IMG/VR virus record: IMGVR_UViG_3300032303_001407
Location: 1 to 30,113 of that record
Reading direction: 5' to 3' (one strand)
DNA: 30,113 nt
Origin: a virus
Taxonomy: Duplodnaviria; Caudoviricetes
The position numbers were made by a program, and so were the translations under genes. Of the stretch, positions 7,117 through 15,317 are shown piece after piece (position 1 is the first letter of the stretch; each line of letters begins with the position of its first letter). A model generated the notes under the pieces. That model saw nothing but the letters and a program-made list of their open reading frames with translations. It made no database searches and was not told where the DNA came from.

Positions 7117-7248
7117 ATGGAAAATCAAGAAAAATGTAAAAAGTGTGACTTACCAGCAAAATATAATGATATTGATGAAACTGAAGATGGCAAGTATGAG
7201 GTAGTTGGTTTTTGCCAATGCCATTTAAAAAACTATCTAGTTTCTTAA
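7117..7248 (+). CDS. Cys/His microprotein (43 aa)
   Basis: CKKC...CQCH; GAGGA SD. Confidence 0.55.
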   Translation: MENQEKCKKCDLPAKYNDIDETEDGKYEVVGFCQCHLKNYLVS

Positions 7249-7430
7249 TCTATAGATACTACTATATTTGATCCTTCAGAACATTTATTGCAGTAAGACT
7301 TAGGCTGATCCTTATATCTTTCTTTATACCCTGCTAGGATAATTTTGCCCTGTCTCTGTAATTCTAAATGCTTGTCATCCATATATCCATACAGAATTGG
7401 TATTAATTTACTATTGCATATTGGACACAT
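7245..7430 (-). CDS. Zinc-ribbon small protein
   Basis: CPIC..IPILYGY...CNKC; leaderless TAAACT-N6-ATG. Confidence 0.65.
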   Translation of the reverse strand: MCPICNSKLIPILYGYMDDKHLELQRQGKIILAGYKERYKDQPKSYCNKCSEGSNIVVSID

Positions 7431-7496
7431 AGTATTAGTTTACCATATTGACTTATACGGTGCTTTAGTATACAATAGTTATATAGGAGGTTTACA

Positions 7497-7589
7497 ATGA
7501 TTCATTCTTTATTTTTAATTCCCGCTTTTATTATGGGATATGTTGCTTGTTATGTTGCTATGACATATAAGGTTGATCAAAATGATTGA
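7497..7589 (+). CDS. Small membrane peptide (30 aa)
   Basis: AGGAGG SD; hydrophobic LFLIPAFIMGYVACYVAM. Confidence 0.55.
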   Translation: MIHSLFLIPAFIMGYVACYVAMTYKVDQND

Positions 7590-7788
7590 TCTAGAAATAC
7601 CAGATCCATTTACTGCTTTTCGTATTGAAAAGTATAATCGCACAAAAGGATTACGATACGACTTCTTTTCTGGTGAATGGGATGTGGAGTGTGCAGCCTG
7701 TAAAGAGCCTCTCAATGCCCCTACCAAAAAAATCATGAATAAGATCAGACTATACCATACAAGAAATGAGTGTCTTGGTGGTTGGTAA
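7582..7788 (+). CDS. Hypothetical zinc-binding protein
   Basis: CAAC...H...C. Confidence 0.65.
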   Translation: MIDLEIPDPFTAFRIEKYNRTKGLRYDFFSGEWDVECAACKEPLNAPTKKIMNKIRLYHTRNECLGGW

Positions 7789-8014
7789 GTGTTGTACAAT
7801 TAGCAAAGAAGATGATGCTTTTTGGGATACCCACCAAACCATGTCCGATGGACATATCTGGTGTGCTACCAAATCTATTGTAGATAAGGCTAAGGCTCAG
7901 GTTAAGAGTCGTTACGGAAATAAAAGGAGACATAGACAATGATGCATTTTGCACAAGGACTTATATGTGGCATGGTACTAATTACTGCCATTATCTGGTT
8001 TGCTACAGGATCAG

Positions 8015-8140
8015 ATGAGTAAAGAACCTAAGATTGCCCAGATGGATTGGCGTAGCCTAGGCTATTGGCCTGTCTGGAAAAATGGAAAGAAAGTGTGGGT
8101 CCCTAAAGATGAACAACTTGACAACAATTCAGAAGACTAA
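8015..8140 (+). CDS. Small hypothetical protein (41 aa)
   Basis: MSKEPKIAQMDWRSLGYWPVWKNGKKVW; AGGA SD. Confidence 0.5.
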   Translation: MSKEPKIAQMDWRSLGYWPVWKNGKKVWVPKDEQLDNNSED

Positions 8141-8453
8141 TATCCTTCCATTACGATGGATAGGAAATTTCTGTGGGGAATATGCTGGTAATCACCTTAT
8201 TAAGGCTATTGATTTAGATGAAAAGTTAGATAGTCAGTTGGGGCTACGATTTAAATACCATGCAAAAATGTGGAATTATCTTAATAAGCCTTACCAATGG
8301 TGGGGAACATATTACAGCATAGATATGGATGCATGGAAAAAAGATTTAGATCAGATGAAGTTGGATATGTCTGGTGATGGCTGGAATGATTACGATGAAT
8401 TTGGTGTAGCATATTGGGATAAAGAAACAGATAGCGAGTCGAAGGACTCGTAG
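8109..8453 (+). CDS. Hypothetical protein
   Basis: Trp-rich ORF; start position uncertain. Confidence 0.6.
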   Translation: MNNLTTIQKTNILPLRWIGNFCGEYAGNHLIKAIDLDEKLDSQLGLRFKYHAKMWNYLNKPYQWWGTYYSIDMDAWKKDLDQMKLDMSGDGWNDYDEFGVAYWDKETDSESKDS

Positions 8454-8529
8454 GTTTGTTTTAGCATCTCTATTTTGCGCCGAACTTTAAACCGCCGTGC
8501 TATACTTATTATAAACAAAAGGAGAAAAA

Positions 8530-9156
8530 ATGACATATATAGAACCAAAACCACACAAGTTTTTTGAAAGACATTTAGATAATAACCTAGATGATTTGTC
8601 AAAGTATTTGCTAAAGCAATACGAAAGAATTGAAAAAGGCGAAATCATAAAGGGCAAACTTTTTACAGACGGAATGTTTTCTGAAACAAATAGTGACTCA
8701 ACAATGCACTGGCGTAGTTACAATGCTTTTCAATTTTATAATCAATCTATCAATAAACTTTATAAAGAAGTGGTTTCCATGGCTAAAGAAGCATGTGAAT
8801 ATCATGGAATAAATTTTGAGGAACAAAACTATTATACTCAATCTTGGTTTAACATTAATTATTCAAAGACTGGTAAGTTAGATTGGCATAATCATGGTAA
8901 AGGAACAGAAGGTGCACCATTTTTTCATGGTTACTACTGCGTAAGTGCAGAGCCATCAAACACTCACTACAGGGTTAGAGGTAAAGAGATCGTAAATGTA
9001 AATAAAAATAACCGTGCAGTGCTTGCAGAGATGAACTATCCTCATGCTATGGCAGACTGGGACTGGGATGGTCCACGAATTACAATTGCCTATGATTTGG
9101 TTCCACTAAAATATATTGTTAAAGAGTGGGAACAACACTGGATTCCAGTTTCATAG
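8530..9156 (+). CDS. Putative 2OG-Fe(II) oxygenase (HxH type)
   Basis: SWFNIN...WHNH...GYY...H...RITIAYD pattern; AGGAG SD. Confidence 0.75.
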   Translation: MTYIEPKPHKFFERHLDNNLDDLSKYLLKQYERIEKGEIIKGKLFTDGMFSETNSDSTMHWRSYNAFQFYNQSINKLYKEVVSMAKEACEYHGINFEEQNYYTQSWFNINYSKTGKLDWHNHGKGTEGAPFFHGYYCVSAEPSNTHYRVRGKEIVNVNKNNRAVLAEMNYPHAMADWDWDGPRITIAYDLVPLKYIVKEWEQHWIPVS

Positions 9157-9159
9157 TAT

Positions 9160-9633
9160 ATGAATCTTTCATCTGAACTAAAAAACAATAAAAAAACAGC
9201 CTATATTTTTGATGTTGATGGAACATTGGCAAATGTTGATCCATTTTTGCATTATGTTCGTGGTGACAAAAAAGATTACGATGCATTTCATATGTCATCA
9301 ATTGATGCCTTGCCAAATATAGAGGTTGTACAGATGCTAAATAATGCTGTTAGCGACGGCTATTCTATTCTTATTGTTACTTCCCGTAAAGAAAAATGGA
9401 GAGGTCTAACATCCATGTGGCTTGCTGTGAACAATATACGATCTCATGCACTTTTTATGAGGGAAAACCATGATAATCGATCAGACTATGAAGTTAAAAA
9501 AGACATCCTTAATAATATAAACAAACTATGGGATGTTATACATGCGGTTGACGACAATCCTCATGTAATTAAACTTTGGGAAGAAAACAACATAAATACA
9601 ACAAAAATTGGAGATTGGGATGGAAGCCGTTAG
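9160..9633 (+). CDS. HAD-family phosphatase resembling the polynucleotide 3'-phosphatase domain of T4 PNKP
   Basis: DVDGTLA, VTSR, LFMR...D.R.D..VK, VDD motifs. Confidence 0.85.
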   Translation: MNLSSELKNNKKTAYIFDVDGTLANVDPFLHYVRGDKKDYDAFHMSSIDALPNIEVVQMLNNAVSDGYSILIVTSRKEKWRGLTSMWLAVNNIRSHALFMRENHDNRSDYEVKKDILNNINKLWDVIHAVDDNPHVIKLWEENNINTTKIGDWDGSR

Positions 9634-9666
9634 CAATTTAGTGCTGTATGGTGTATACTTATTAAC

Positions 9667-9849
9667 ATGATAACAATTCTTTCAATTTTAATTACATGGT
9701 ATGCTACTAAGATTTTTTACACAAAATCTTTTAATTTAGATGTCAAAGATTCTGGACTTTCTGAGGCTGTTTGTGTAAGGTGTGCAAAACGCTCATTTAT
9801 ATACCCACAGAACCTTAGAAACCCATACTATTGTCCAACTTGTGAATAA
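9667..9849 (+). CDS. Membrane-anchored zinc-ribbon protein
   Basis: N-terminal hydrophobic segment; CVRC...CPTC. Confidence 0.6.
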   Translation: MITILSILITWYATKIFYTKSFNLDVKDSGLSEAVCVRCAKRSFIYPQNLRNPYYCPTCE

Positions 9850-9869
9850 TTATAGGGTATAATACTAAT

Positions 9870-10556
9870 ATGTTCATAAATGATCCTAACCTAGAAACCA
9901 TAATAGATGGTGTTTATATTTATCGCAATTTTATTCCAGCCAAATTAGTAGCAAAAATTAATGGCATAGCCAATGATAGAGTAAATATTGGACTTGATGA
10001 GTTCAACAGTTTAATTCCATGGTACCGTGATAAAAGCACATCAGAAATACCTCAACTCTATGAGGTTTGGGAACTTATGTCAAAGTTTTTGCTTCCAACC
10101 CATGTTATTCACCCAATGCTTCACTTAAACATTATGCGTCCTGGAGATGGTGAAATGTTTGTTCATGAGGATAGCCCTGGAGAAGGAAATGAGCACACAC
10201 TAACAAACGTAGATAGATGGTCAACTTGTTGTTTATTAGACTACGGAGTTATCACTTATTTTGGAGAATTTACTGGAGGAGAAACATTTTACCCAGAACT
10301 TGGAGTAGAGGTTGCTCCACAACCAGGAGATATGATTATTCATGGAGCACATTCAAAGCATAAGCATGGAGTTAGAGAAGTAACTTCTGGAATTAGATAT
10401 GCTTTTTCTAATTTCTCTCTTAAACCAGAAAAAAATCCTGGAACGTTTTCAAATTATGGAACAAAAGAACACGAAGAACAACTATCTAAAGGACTGGATA
10501 AATGGATGACACCATATATTCACAACGATAGAGAATATGCAAAATTAGAAGATTAA
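9870..10556 (+). CDS. 2OG-Fe(II) oxygenase (prolyl-4-hydroxylase-like)
   Basis: HED...FTGGETFYP...PQPGD...HGVREVTSGIRY. Confidence 0.85.
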   Translation: MFINDPNLETIIDGVYIYRNFIPAKLVAKINGIANDRVNIGLDEFNSLIPWYRDKSTSEIPQLYEVWELMSKFLLPTHVIHPMLHLNIMRPGDGEMFVHEDSPGEGNEHTLTNVDRWSTCCLLDYGVITYFGEFTGGETFYPELGVEVAPQPGDMIIHGAHSKHKHGVREVTSGIRYAFSNFSLKPEKNPGTFSNYGTKEHEEQLSKGLDKWMTPYIHNDREYAKLED

Positions 10557-10582
10557 TTCTAAAATAAAAAGGTTGGTTTTAA

Positions 10583-10696
10583 ATGAAACAATGTACTTGT
10601 GGAAGATCAAAGTCATATCCTTATTGTGACAATACACATAAAATAAAAAAAGAATCTTTAGAAATAACTAATTCTGAAAATAAGGATCAGCAATAA
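10583..10696 (+). CDS. CDGSH-type iron-sulfur mini-protein (37 aa)
   Basis: MKQCTCGRSKSYPYCDNTH matches C-x-C-x2-S-x3-P-x-C-D-G-[S/T]-H except G->N. Confidence 0.75.
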   Translation: MKQCTCGRSKSYPYCDNTHKIKKESLEITNSENKDQQ

Positions 10697-10735
10697 TGAT
10701 TTGACAATCTTTTACTGAGATGCTAAAATATAATT

Positions 10736-10870
10736 ATGGAAAAAGAAAATATAAGTCAAAAAATAAAAGATCAAATAATTAAAGAATATATGCTTAGATC
10801 TTATCATTGGACATTTGCAGTTTCAGGTTTGATCATTGGCTTTTTACTTGGTATCATAGCAGCAAAATAG
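10736..10870 (+). CDS. Small membrane protein (44 aa)
   Basis: TTGACA-17bp-TAAAAT leaderless promoter; C-terminal TM segment. Confidence 0.6.
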   Translation: MEKENISQKIKDQIIKEYMLRSYHWTFAVSGLIIGFLLGIIAAK

Positions 10871-10878
10871 CATGTTAT

Positions 10879-10952
10879 GCACCAGTAGCCAAGTTGGTTA
10901 AGGCCCCGAACTCATAATTCGGTTATCGTAGGTTCAAGTCCTACCTGGTGTA
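10879..10952 (+). tRNA. tRNA-CAT (elongator Met or Ile2)
   Basis: Acceptor GCACCAG/CTGGTGT; CCGAA-CTCATAA-TTCGG; lacks initiator features. Confidence 0.9.
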
Positions 10953-10965
10953 CAAAAGGAGTATT

Positions 10966-11643
10966 ATGAAAAAGTTTTACTTGATTGGTGACTGCCATAG
11001 TGCAAGAATTTTGGAACATCACAAAAGAAACAGTTCTAACATTGATCTAAAAATATGGGGACGTCGTGGATTAAAATGTTTTGGACTAGACCTTGAATCA
11101 ATGAATCAAAATAAAGATTTATCTTCTGGAACAGAGGTAGGATGTGGCGATTTCAATACACATGAAGAAACAATTTTAAAGTTTGATGAAGTAAAAGATG
11201 ATGGTGTAATTGCTGCTTGGATTGGCTATGTTGACATTAGACAGTTTTTGCCAAAGTATAAAAATACTCAAGAAATTGTAAAAACTTATGTTGAAGATTT
11301 GCTATCTTTTTATCCTAAATCACAAATTTTTTTTATTGAACCACTTCCGCAATTTACAGAGATGTTGTTAAAGTATGAAGGAATAAGCCCATCTTATACT
11401 TATGAAGAACGTCTTTTACAAAACAAAGAGTTTATATATTATCTAAATCAAGAAATAAAAAGTAAAAATTTATTGAGTCCAATAACTCAAGAAGAAATAT
11501 TAAATGCTGTAGGTGTAACAGAATTTACAACAGATCTAACACCAAAAGATAGGCCACATCCAGTAGATTCTCTTACACCAGAATTAATGAAAAAAATATA
11601 TGATTTATTTATTAAAAGATTTGAAATGATGAATTCTTTATGA
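10966..11643 (+). CDS. SGNH/GDSL-fold-like protein
   Basis: IGDCHS block I-like motif, G.VD, C-terminal DRPHP (DxxH); AGGAG SD. Confidence 0.55.
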   Translation: MKKFYLIGDCHSARILEHHKRNSSNIDLKIWGRRGLKCFGLDLESMNQNKDLSSGTEVGCGDFNTHEETILKFDEVKDDGVIAAWIGYVDIRQFLPKYKNTQEIVKTYVEDLLSFYPKSQIFFIEPLPQFTEMLLKYEGISPSYTYEERLLQNKEFIYYLNQEIKSKNLLSPITQEEILNAVGVTEFTTDLTPKDRPHPVDSLTPELMKKIYDLFIKRFEMMNSL

Positions 11644-11659
11644 TAAACTAGTATAGTAT

Positions 11660-11732
11660 TGGGCTGTAACTCAGTTGGTAGAGTGGCGAACTGTTAATTC
11701 GCAAGTCGTAGGATCGAGGCCTACCAGCCCAG
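11660..11732 (+). tRNA. tRNA-Asn(GTT)
   Basis: Acceptor TGGGCTG/CAGCCCA; GCGAA-CTGTTAA-TTCGC; atypical T loop ATCGAGG. Confidence 0.9.
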
Positions 11733-11774
11733 CAAAGCAAATGTTTTATTTAATACTAAAATGAAAAGGTGTTT

Positions 11775-12344
11775 ATGTCATTTAATTCGAATGGATTTAA
11801 AGAAATAGGAAAAGATATTTTTTTGTGTAAAAATTTTATATCTAAAGAAAATGCACAAAAACTTTTTGATTTAGCAATGTCATACAGTGAAGATCAATGG
11901 TCTGATAAGGTTCATCATTCAATAGCGGAATTTCATGTTAAAGAATTACATAACTATTTAAAAGTATTAAAGGAAAGATTTTTAGATGATGTTGTACTAG
12001 ATGAATACTGTTATTTTCAAAAATATGATATTGGACAACACATGTCAGATCATCAAGATGATAATAAAGTTTTAAAAGATATAGAAAAATCAAAAGATTA
12101 TAAGGATGGCATGGAGTTTAACTTTGTGAACCAGCCAGTATATGGAATTGTTCTTTATCTAAACAAAAGTGATGGTGGAGAACTTTATTATGGTGAACAG
12201 GACATAACTTATTTTCCAGAGCCTGGAGATCTAGTTATTCATAGTGCAGAAAAACATTGTTTACATAGATCTAATCCTATACAGAGTGGTGTAAAGATAT
12301 GTTCTCCAACATATGCGTACAAAAAAATAAAAGTTCCAGTATAA
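11775..12344 (+). CDS. 2OG-Fe(II) oxygenase
   Basis: HQD, VLYLN..DGGELYY, PEPGDLVIH, H. Confidence 0.85.
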   Translation: MSFNSNGFKEIGKDIFLCKNFISKENAQKLFDLAMSYSEDQWSDKVHHSIAEFHVKELHNYLKVLKERFLDDVVLDEYCYFQKYDIGQHMSDHQDDNKVLKDIEKSKDYKDGMEFNFVNQPVYGIVLYLNKSDGGELYYGEQDITYFPEPGDLVIHSAEKHCLHRSNPIQSGVKICSPTYAYKKIKVPV

Positions 12345-12356
12345 AGTTAAAAACAG

Positions 12357-12430
12357 GCATCTGTAACTCAGTTGGTTAGAGTACCTGCCTTATATGCAGA
12401 GAGCCGTAGGTTCAAGTCCTGCCAGATGCA
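12357..12430 (+). tRNA. tRNA-Ile(TAT)
   Basis: Acceptor GCATCTG/CAGATGC; anticodon arm CCTGC-CTTATAT-GCAGA; GGTTCAAGTCC T arm. Confidence 0.85.
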
Positions 12431-12463
12431 CAATTCTGATATAATGATTTTAGGAGGAAGAAA

Positions 12464-13264
12464 ATGATTGATATAGTACCAATTGAGTTTACAAGCATTA
12501 AAGAAATAAAGGATAATATTAACTTTTATAAAAATAAGTTTATAGAAGATTCTGTTATTGTTTTAAGGGGAGCAAACCTAACACATGAGGAACATGTAGA
12601 TTTGCATAAGTTCCTGGGAGAAAATTTTGGATGGTCAACATTTGATGAAGAAAATGGAGAAACTGCAAAATATATAGAGGATCATGGTCATAACAAAAAC
12701 CTTAAAACATCTACAAAAGATGATGTAATGCTTAGTTGGCACATAGAGCATGTATATTACGAAAATCCAATTGTTGGAGCAACATGGAATATGGTTGTTT
12801 TTAATACAGACAACAATAATGGAAAAACATATTTTGTTGATTCAGAAAAACTTTATGAAAAGTTACCACTCAAATGGAAAAACTTTTTAAATAATTGTGT
12901 TCTTAGTCCTAATGATTTTAATCTTTCTAATAGTTTTAAAAACTACCTGCCTGTAAAAAATCACTGGATCACAAATAATCCAGTTATTAGAATGAAAATA
13001 TCTTATAGCAATGAAGAAATAAATAGTCTTGTTTCTGTAAATGATCAAGAGCCAACCGAAGAGCACAAGGAGATATTTAAAGAAATTGCTGTATGGTTTG
13101 GTGATCAAGTAATGAATAACAAAGATATAAGATTAGTTCACAAATGGCAAAAGGGTGACCTTGTAATACCAGATATGTTCAAACTTGCACATGCAGTTAC
13201 TGGTGGTTTTGATCCAATAGATAGAAAGTTTGTTGGAATTTGGGGATATCAAAATCCTAAATAA
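12464..13264 (+). CDS. TauD/TfdA-family 2OG-Fe(II) dioxygenase
   Basis: WHIEH, GKTYFVD, HKWQKGDLVIPD...H; AGGAGG SD. Confidence 0.85.
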   Translation: MIDIVPIEFTSIKEIKDNINFYKNKFIEDSVIVLRGANLTHEEHVDLHKFLGENFGWSTFDEENGETAKYIEDHGHNKNLKTSTKDDVMLSWHIEHVYYENPIVGATWNMVVFNTDNNNGKTYFVDSEKLYEKLPLKWKNFLNNCVLSPNDFNLSNSFKNYLPVKNHWITNNPVIRMKISYSNEEINSLVSVNDQEPTEEHKEIFKEIAVWFGDQVMNNKDIRLVHKWQKGDLVIPDMFKLAHAVTGGFDPIDRKFVGIWGYQNPK

Positions 13265-13269
13265 AAAGT

Positions 13270-13343
13270 GCGGATGTTGCATATTGGTAGTGCCTCTGCC
13301 TTCCAAGCAGAAGGGGTGAGTTCGATTCTCATCATCCGCTCCA
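13270..13343 (+). tRNA. tRNA-Gly(TCC) with encoded CCA
   Basis: GCGGATG/CATCCGC; TCTGC-CTTCCAA-GCAGA. Confidence 0.95.
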
Positions 13344-13345
13344 AG

Positions 13346-13418
13346 GTCCCCATCGTCTAGAGGCCTAGGACATCGCCCTTTCACGGCGGTAACACGGGTT
13401 CGAATCCCGTTGGGGGCA
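13346..13418 (+). tRNA. tRNA-Glu(TTC)
   Basis: GTCCCCA/TGGGGGC; TCGCC-CTTTCAC-GGCGG. Confidence 0.95.
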
Positions 13419-13427
13419 CAATACCGT

Positions 13428-13498
13428 TCCTAGATCGTCTAAAGGCAGGACAGGGGCCTTTGAAGCCCTTAATCGTGGTTCGAATCCATGTCTGGGAG
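13428..13498 (+). tRNA. tRNA-Gln(TTG)
   Basis: TCCTAGA/TCTGGGA; GGGGC-CTTTGAA-GCCCT. Confidence 0.93.
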
Positions 13499-13503
13499 CC
13501 CAT

Positions 13504-13574
13504 GGGCCTAAAGCATTAAAGTGATGCTCAGGACTTTTAATCCTGAGAAGAAGGAGCGTTACCTTCTAGGCCTA
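13504..13574 (+). tRNA. tRNA-Lys(TTT), non-canonical D and T loops
   Basis: GGGCCTA/TAGGCCT; CAGGA-CTTTTAA-TCCTG; T arm GAAGG-AGCGTTA-CCTTC. Confidence 0.8.
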
Positions 13575-13578
13575 CTAC

Positions 13579-13651
13579 ACCTCTGTAGTTCAGTGGACAG
13601 AACGATGGACTTCTAAGCCATGCGTCGCAGGTTCGATTCCTGCCAGGGGTA
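13579..13651 (+). tRNA. tRNA-Arg(TCT)
   Basis: ACCTCTG/CAGGGGT; ATGGA-CTTCTAA-GCCAT; GGTTCGATTCC T arm. Confidence 0.93.
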
Positions 13652-13657
13652 CAAATG

Positions 13658-13915
13658 TTAAATATAAAAAAGAGACTCTAAAACATTTAGCCCACCTGCG
13701 CCAACATGTCTTGCATTTATCTCATTATCTATTTTTGATATAAAAGTTGGTATTGACGCAACATTATATTCTTTTAATTTTTCTATATTTGAATCAACGT
13801 CTATTTTAATATACTCAATGTTTGGGTTTTGATATAAAAAATCTTCAATAATTGGTTGCATCTTTTTGCAAGGGGTGCACCATTCACCAGTAAAATGAAT
13901 TAATTGCTTATTCAT
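13658..13915 (-). CDS. Thioredoxin family protein
   Basis: WCTPCKKM, IDVD, SIPTF. Confidence 0.9.
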   Translation of the reverse strand: MNKQLIHFTGEWCTPCKKMQPIIEDFLYQNPNIEYIKIDVDSNIEKLKEYNVASIPTFISKIDNEINARHVGAGGLNVLESLFYI

Positions 13916-14043
13916 TATTGTTTTGGATGTTTGACAATGTAAGGCTCAATCTTTGCCTTGATGGTTCCATCTTTACGCATCTTGACAATCCAACCATCTT
14001 TAATTTGAGTATCATTAAACGATCCCGCTTTTTTCTTTGGCAT
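13915..14043 (-). CDS. Small basic protein (42 aa)
   Basis: MPKKKAGSFNDTQIKDGWIVKMRKDG; TAATG-coupled on both sides. Confidence 0.6.
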   Translation of the reverse strand: MPKKKAGSFNDTQIKDGWIVKMRKDGTIKAKIEPYIVKHPKQ

Positions 14044-15317
14044 TATCTAAATAACCTATCTGTTCGTGTTTCTTTTGTATAATCTTTTCCAAATTCAGCA
14101 AACAAAGACTTATCTTTTTCACGATTAACAATTCCTCTTGACCATGAAAATCCTGCATCTCCGCCCCATGCAAGCCACATAATGTATCCGTTAGAAGGAT
14201 TTGCTGAGTTACCCCAGTCCTTACCCTTTTTATCTACTTCATGGCGTGAGAAGTATGAGTACATCCTCTTAACAGTACTAAGAGAGATTGATTCTCCTCT
14301 TGCTAACTGCCCTGCACGAGTCCAGCCAACTGCAGTTCCTGCACCGTTAGCCTTTCCATCTTCCTTAAACTTAATTGCTCTACGAGCAGCAGATCTTGCT
14401 CCTGCTGGTGGTGAGTATCCTTCAGCCTTAGACATCTTTTCTGTATCTTTATAGTCTTCTAAACTAATGTTTGGCATGTTAATTCTACTTATATCAGACA
14501 TCAAAGCACCAATAGAGTAAGGTGTGTAGTAGTATGTTCCATCTTCTTCTTCAAGCATTCTAACTGCAACTGCTGGATTATCTGGAGTAGACTCAACAGA
14601 ATAAGGATTTCCTGGCTGACCATATGTTCCGCCTTCAAGCATAACATGCTCTACTTGACCAACAACTGGACCTTCAGTTGTCATTGCAATAACAAAATCT
14701 CCTTCAACTATTGGTGCATCCATTTTTGTTACTGGAATACAATTAGGAACCATTCTGCCATTATCTCCTGGCTTCATACCTCTTTGTGTATATCCTTCCC
14801 AACAAGGATCTGCTTTACCAATTTGTGCATCATACATAGCCATTTGAGTTTCTGCATCCAATCCCCCACCACATTCAGGACAAGATGAACATGGAATATT
14901 TTGCTCTATGCACATTTCACACTCACACTTTTGATAAGTGTTAGTTGGCATTATTGGATTTTCTGGAAGCGGTGCATTGGCTTTCATTTCTGACATACCA
15001 TCTTCATCTGGTATTGGATTTGCACATACTGGACAATCTGGGCAATCTACATTCATTTCTTTGCAGGTTGCACAATCGCATCCTTGATATGTTGATGGTG
15101 CAATAACTTCTGAAGTAATTGATTTACCAAACGCAGAACCAGCCCAAATACTTACACCAGGCTTATTATGTATTCCAGGTCCTGTAGGTCTTGATTGATT
15201 TAAACTATATTGTGGCTTCTTCATACCAACTGATGGATTAATGTGTGATGAAGGGTTTGCTGGTGTTGGATCAGTTATAATTGCATTGTAAGATACATCC
15301 ATTGGTGTGTCAGACAT
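14043..15317 (-). CDS. Modular phage protein with two Cys-rich repeats, a DPCWEGY module and a C-terminal WLAWGG domain (possibly head-associated)
   Basis: ORF of 424 aa with visibly modular sequence. Confidence 0.7.
   Translation of the reverse strand: MSDTPMDVSYNAIITDPTPANPSSHINPSVGMKKPQYSLNQSRPTGPGIHNKPGVSIWAGSAFGKSITSEVIAPSTYQGCDCATCKEMNVDCPDCPVCANPIPDEDGMSEMKANAPLPENPIMPTNTYQKCECEMCIEQNIPCSSCPECGGGLDAETQMAMYDAQIGKADPCWEGYTQRGMKPGDNGRMVPNCIPVTKMDAPIVEGDFVIAMTTEGPVVGQVEHVMLEGGTYGQPGNPYSVESTPDNPAVAVRMLEEEDGTYYYTPYSIGALMSDISRINMPNISLEDYKDTEKMSKAEGYSPPAGARSAARRAIKFKEDGKANGAGTAVGWTRAGQLARGESISLSTVKRMYSYFSRHEVDKKGKDWGNSANPSNGYIMWLAWGGDAGFSWSRGIVNREKDKSLFAEFGKDYTKETRTDRLFR

Noticed and set aside
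13133-13384. 83-aa - strand ORF
   Set aside because: Antisense to tRNA-Gly, tRNA-Glu and the TauD-like gene
10879-13651. Stop-codon reassignment or suppressor tRNAs
   Set aside because: No CUA/UUA/UCA anticodons; TAA, TAG and TGA all end intact genes
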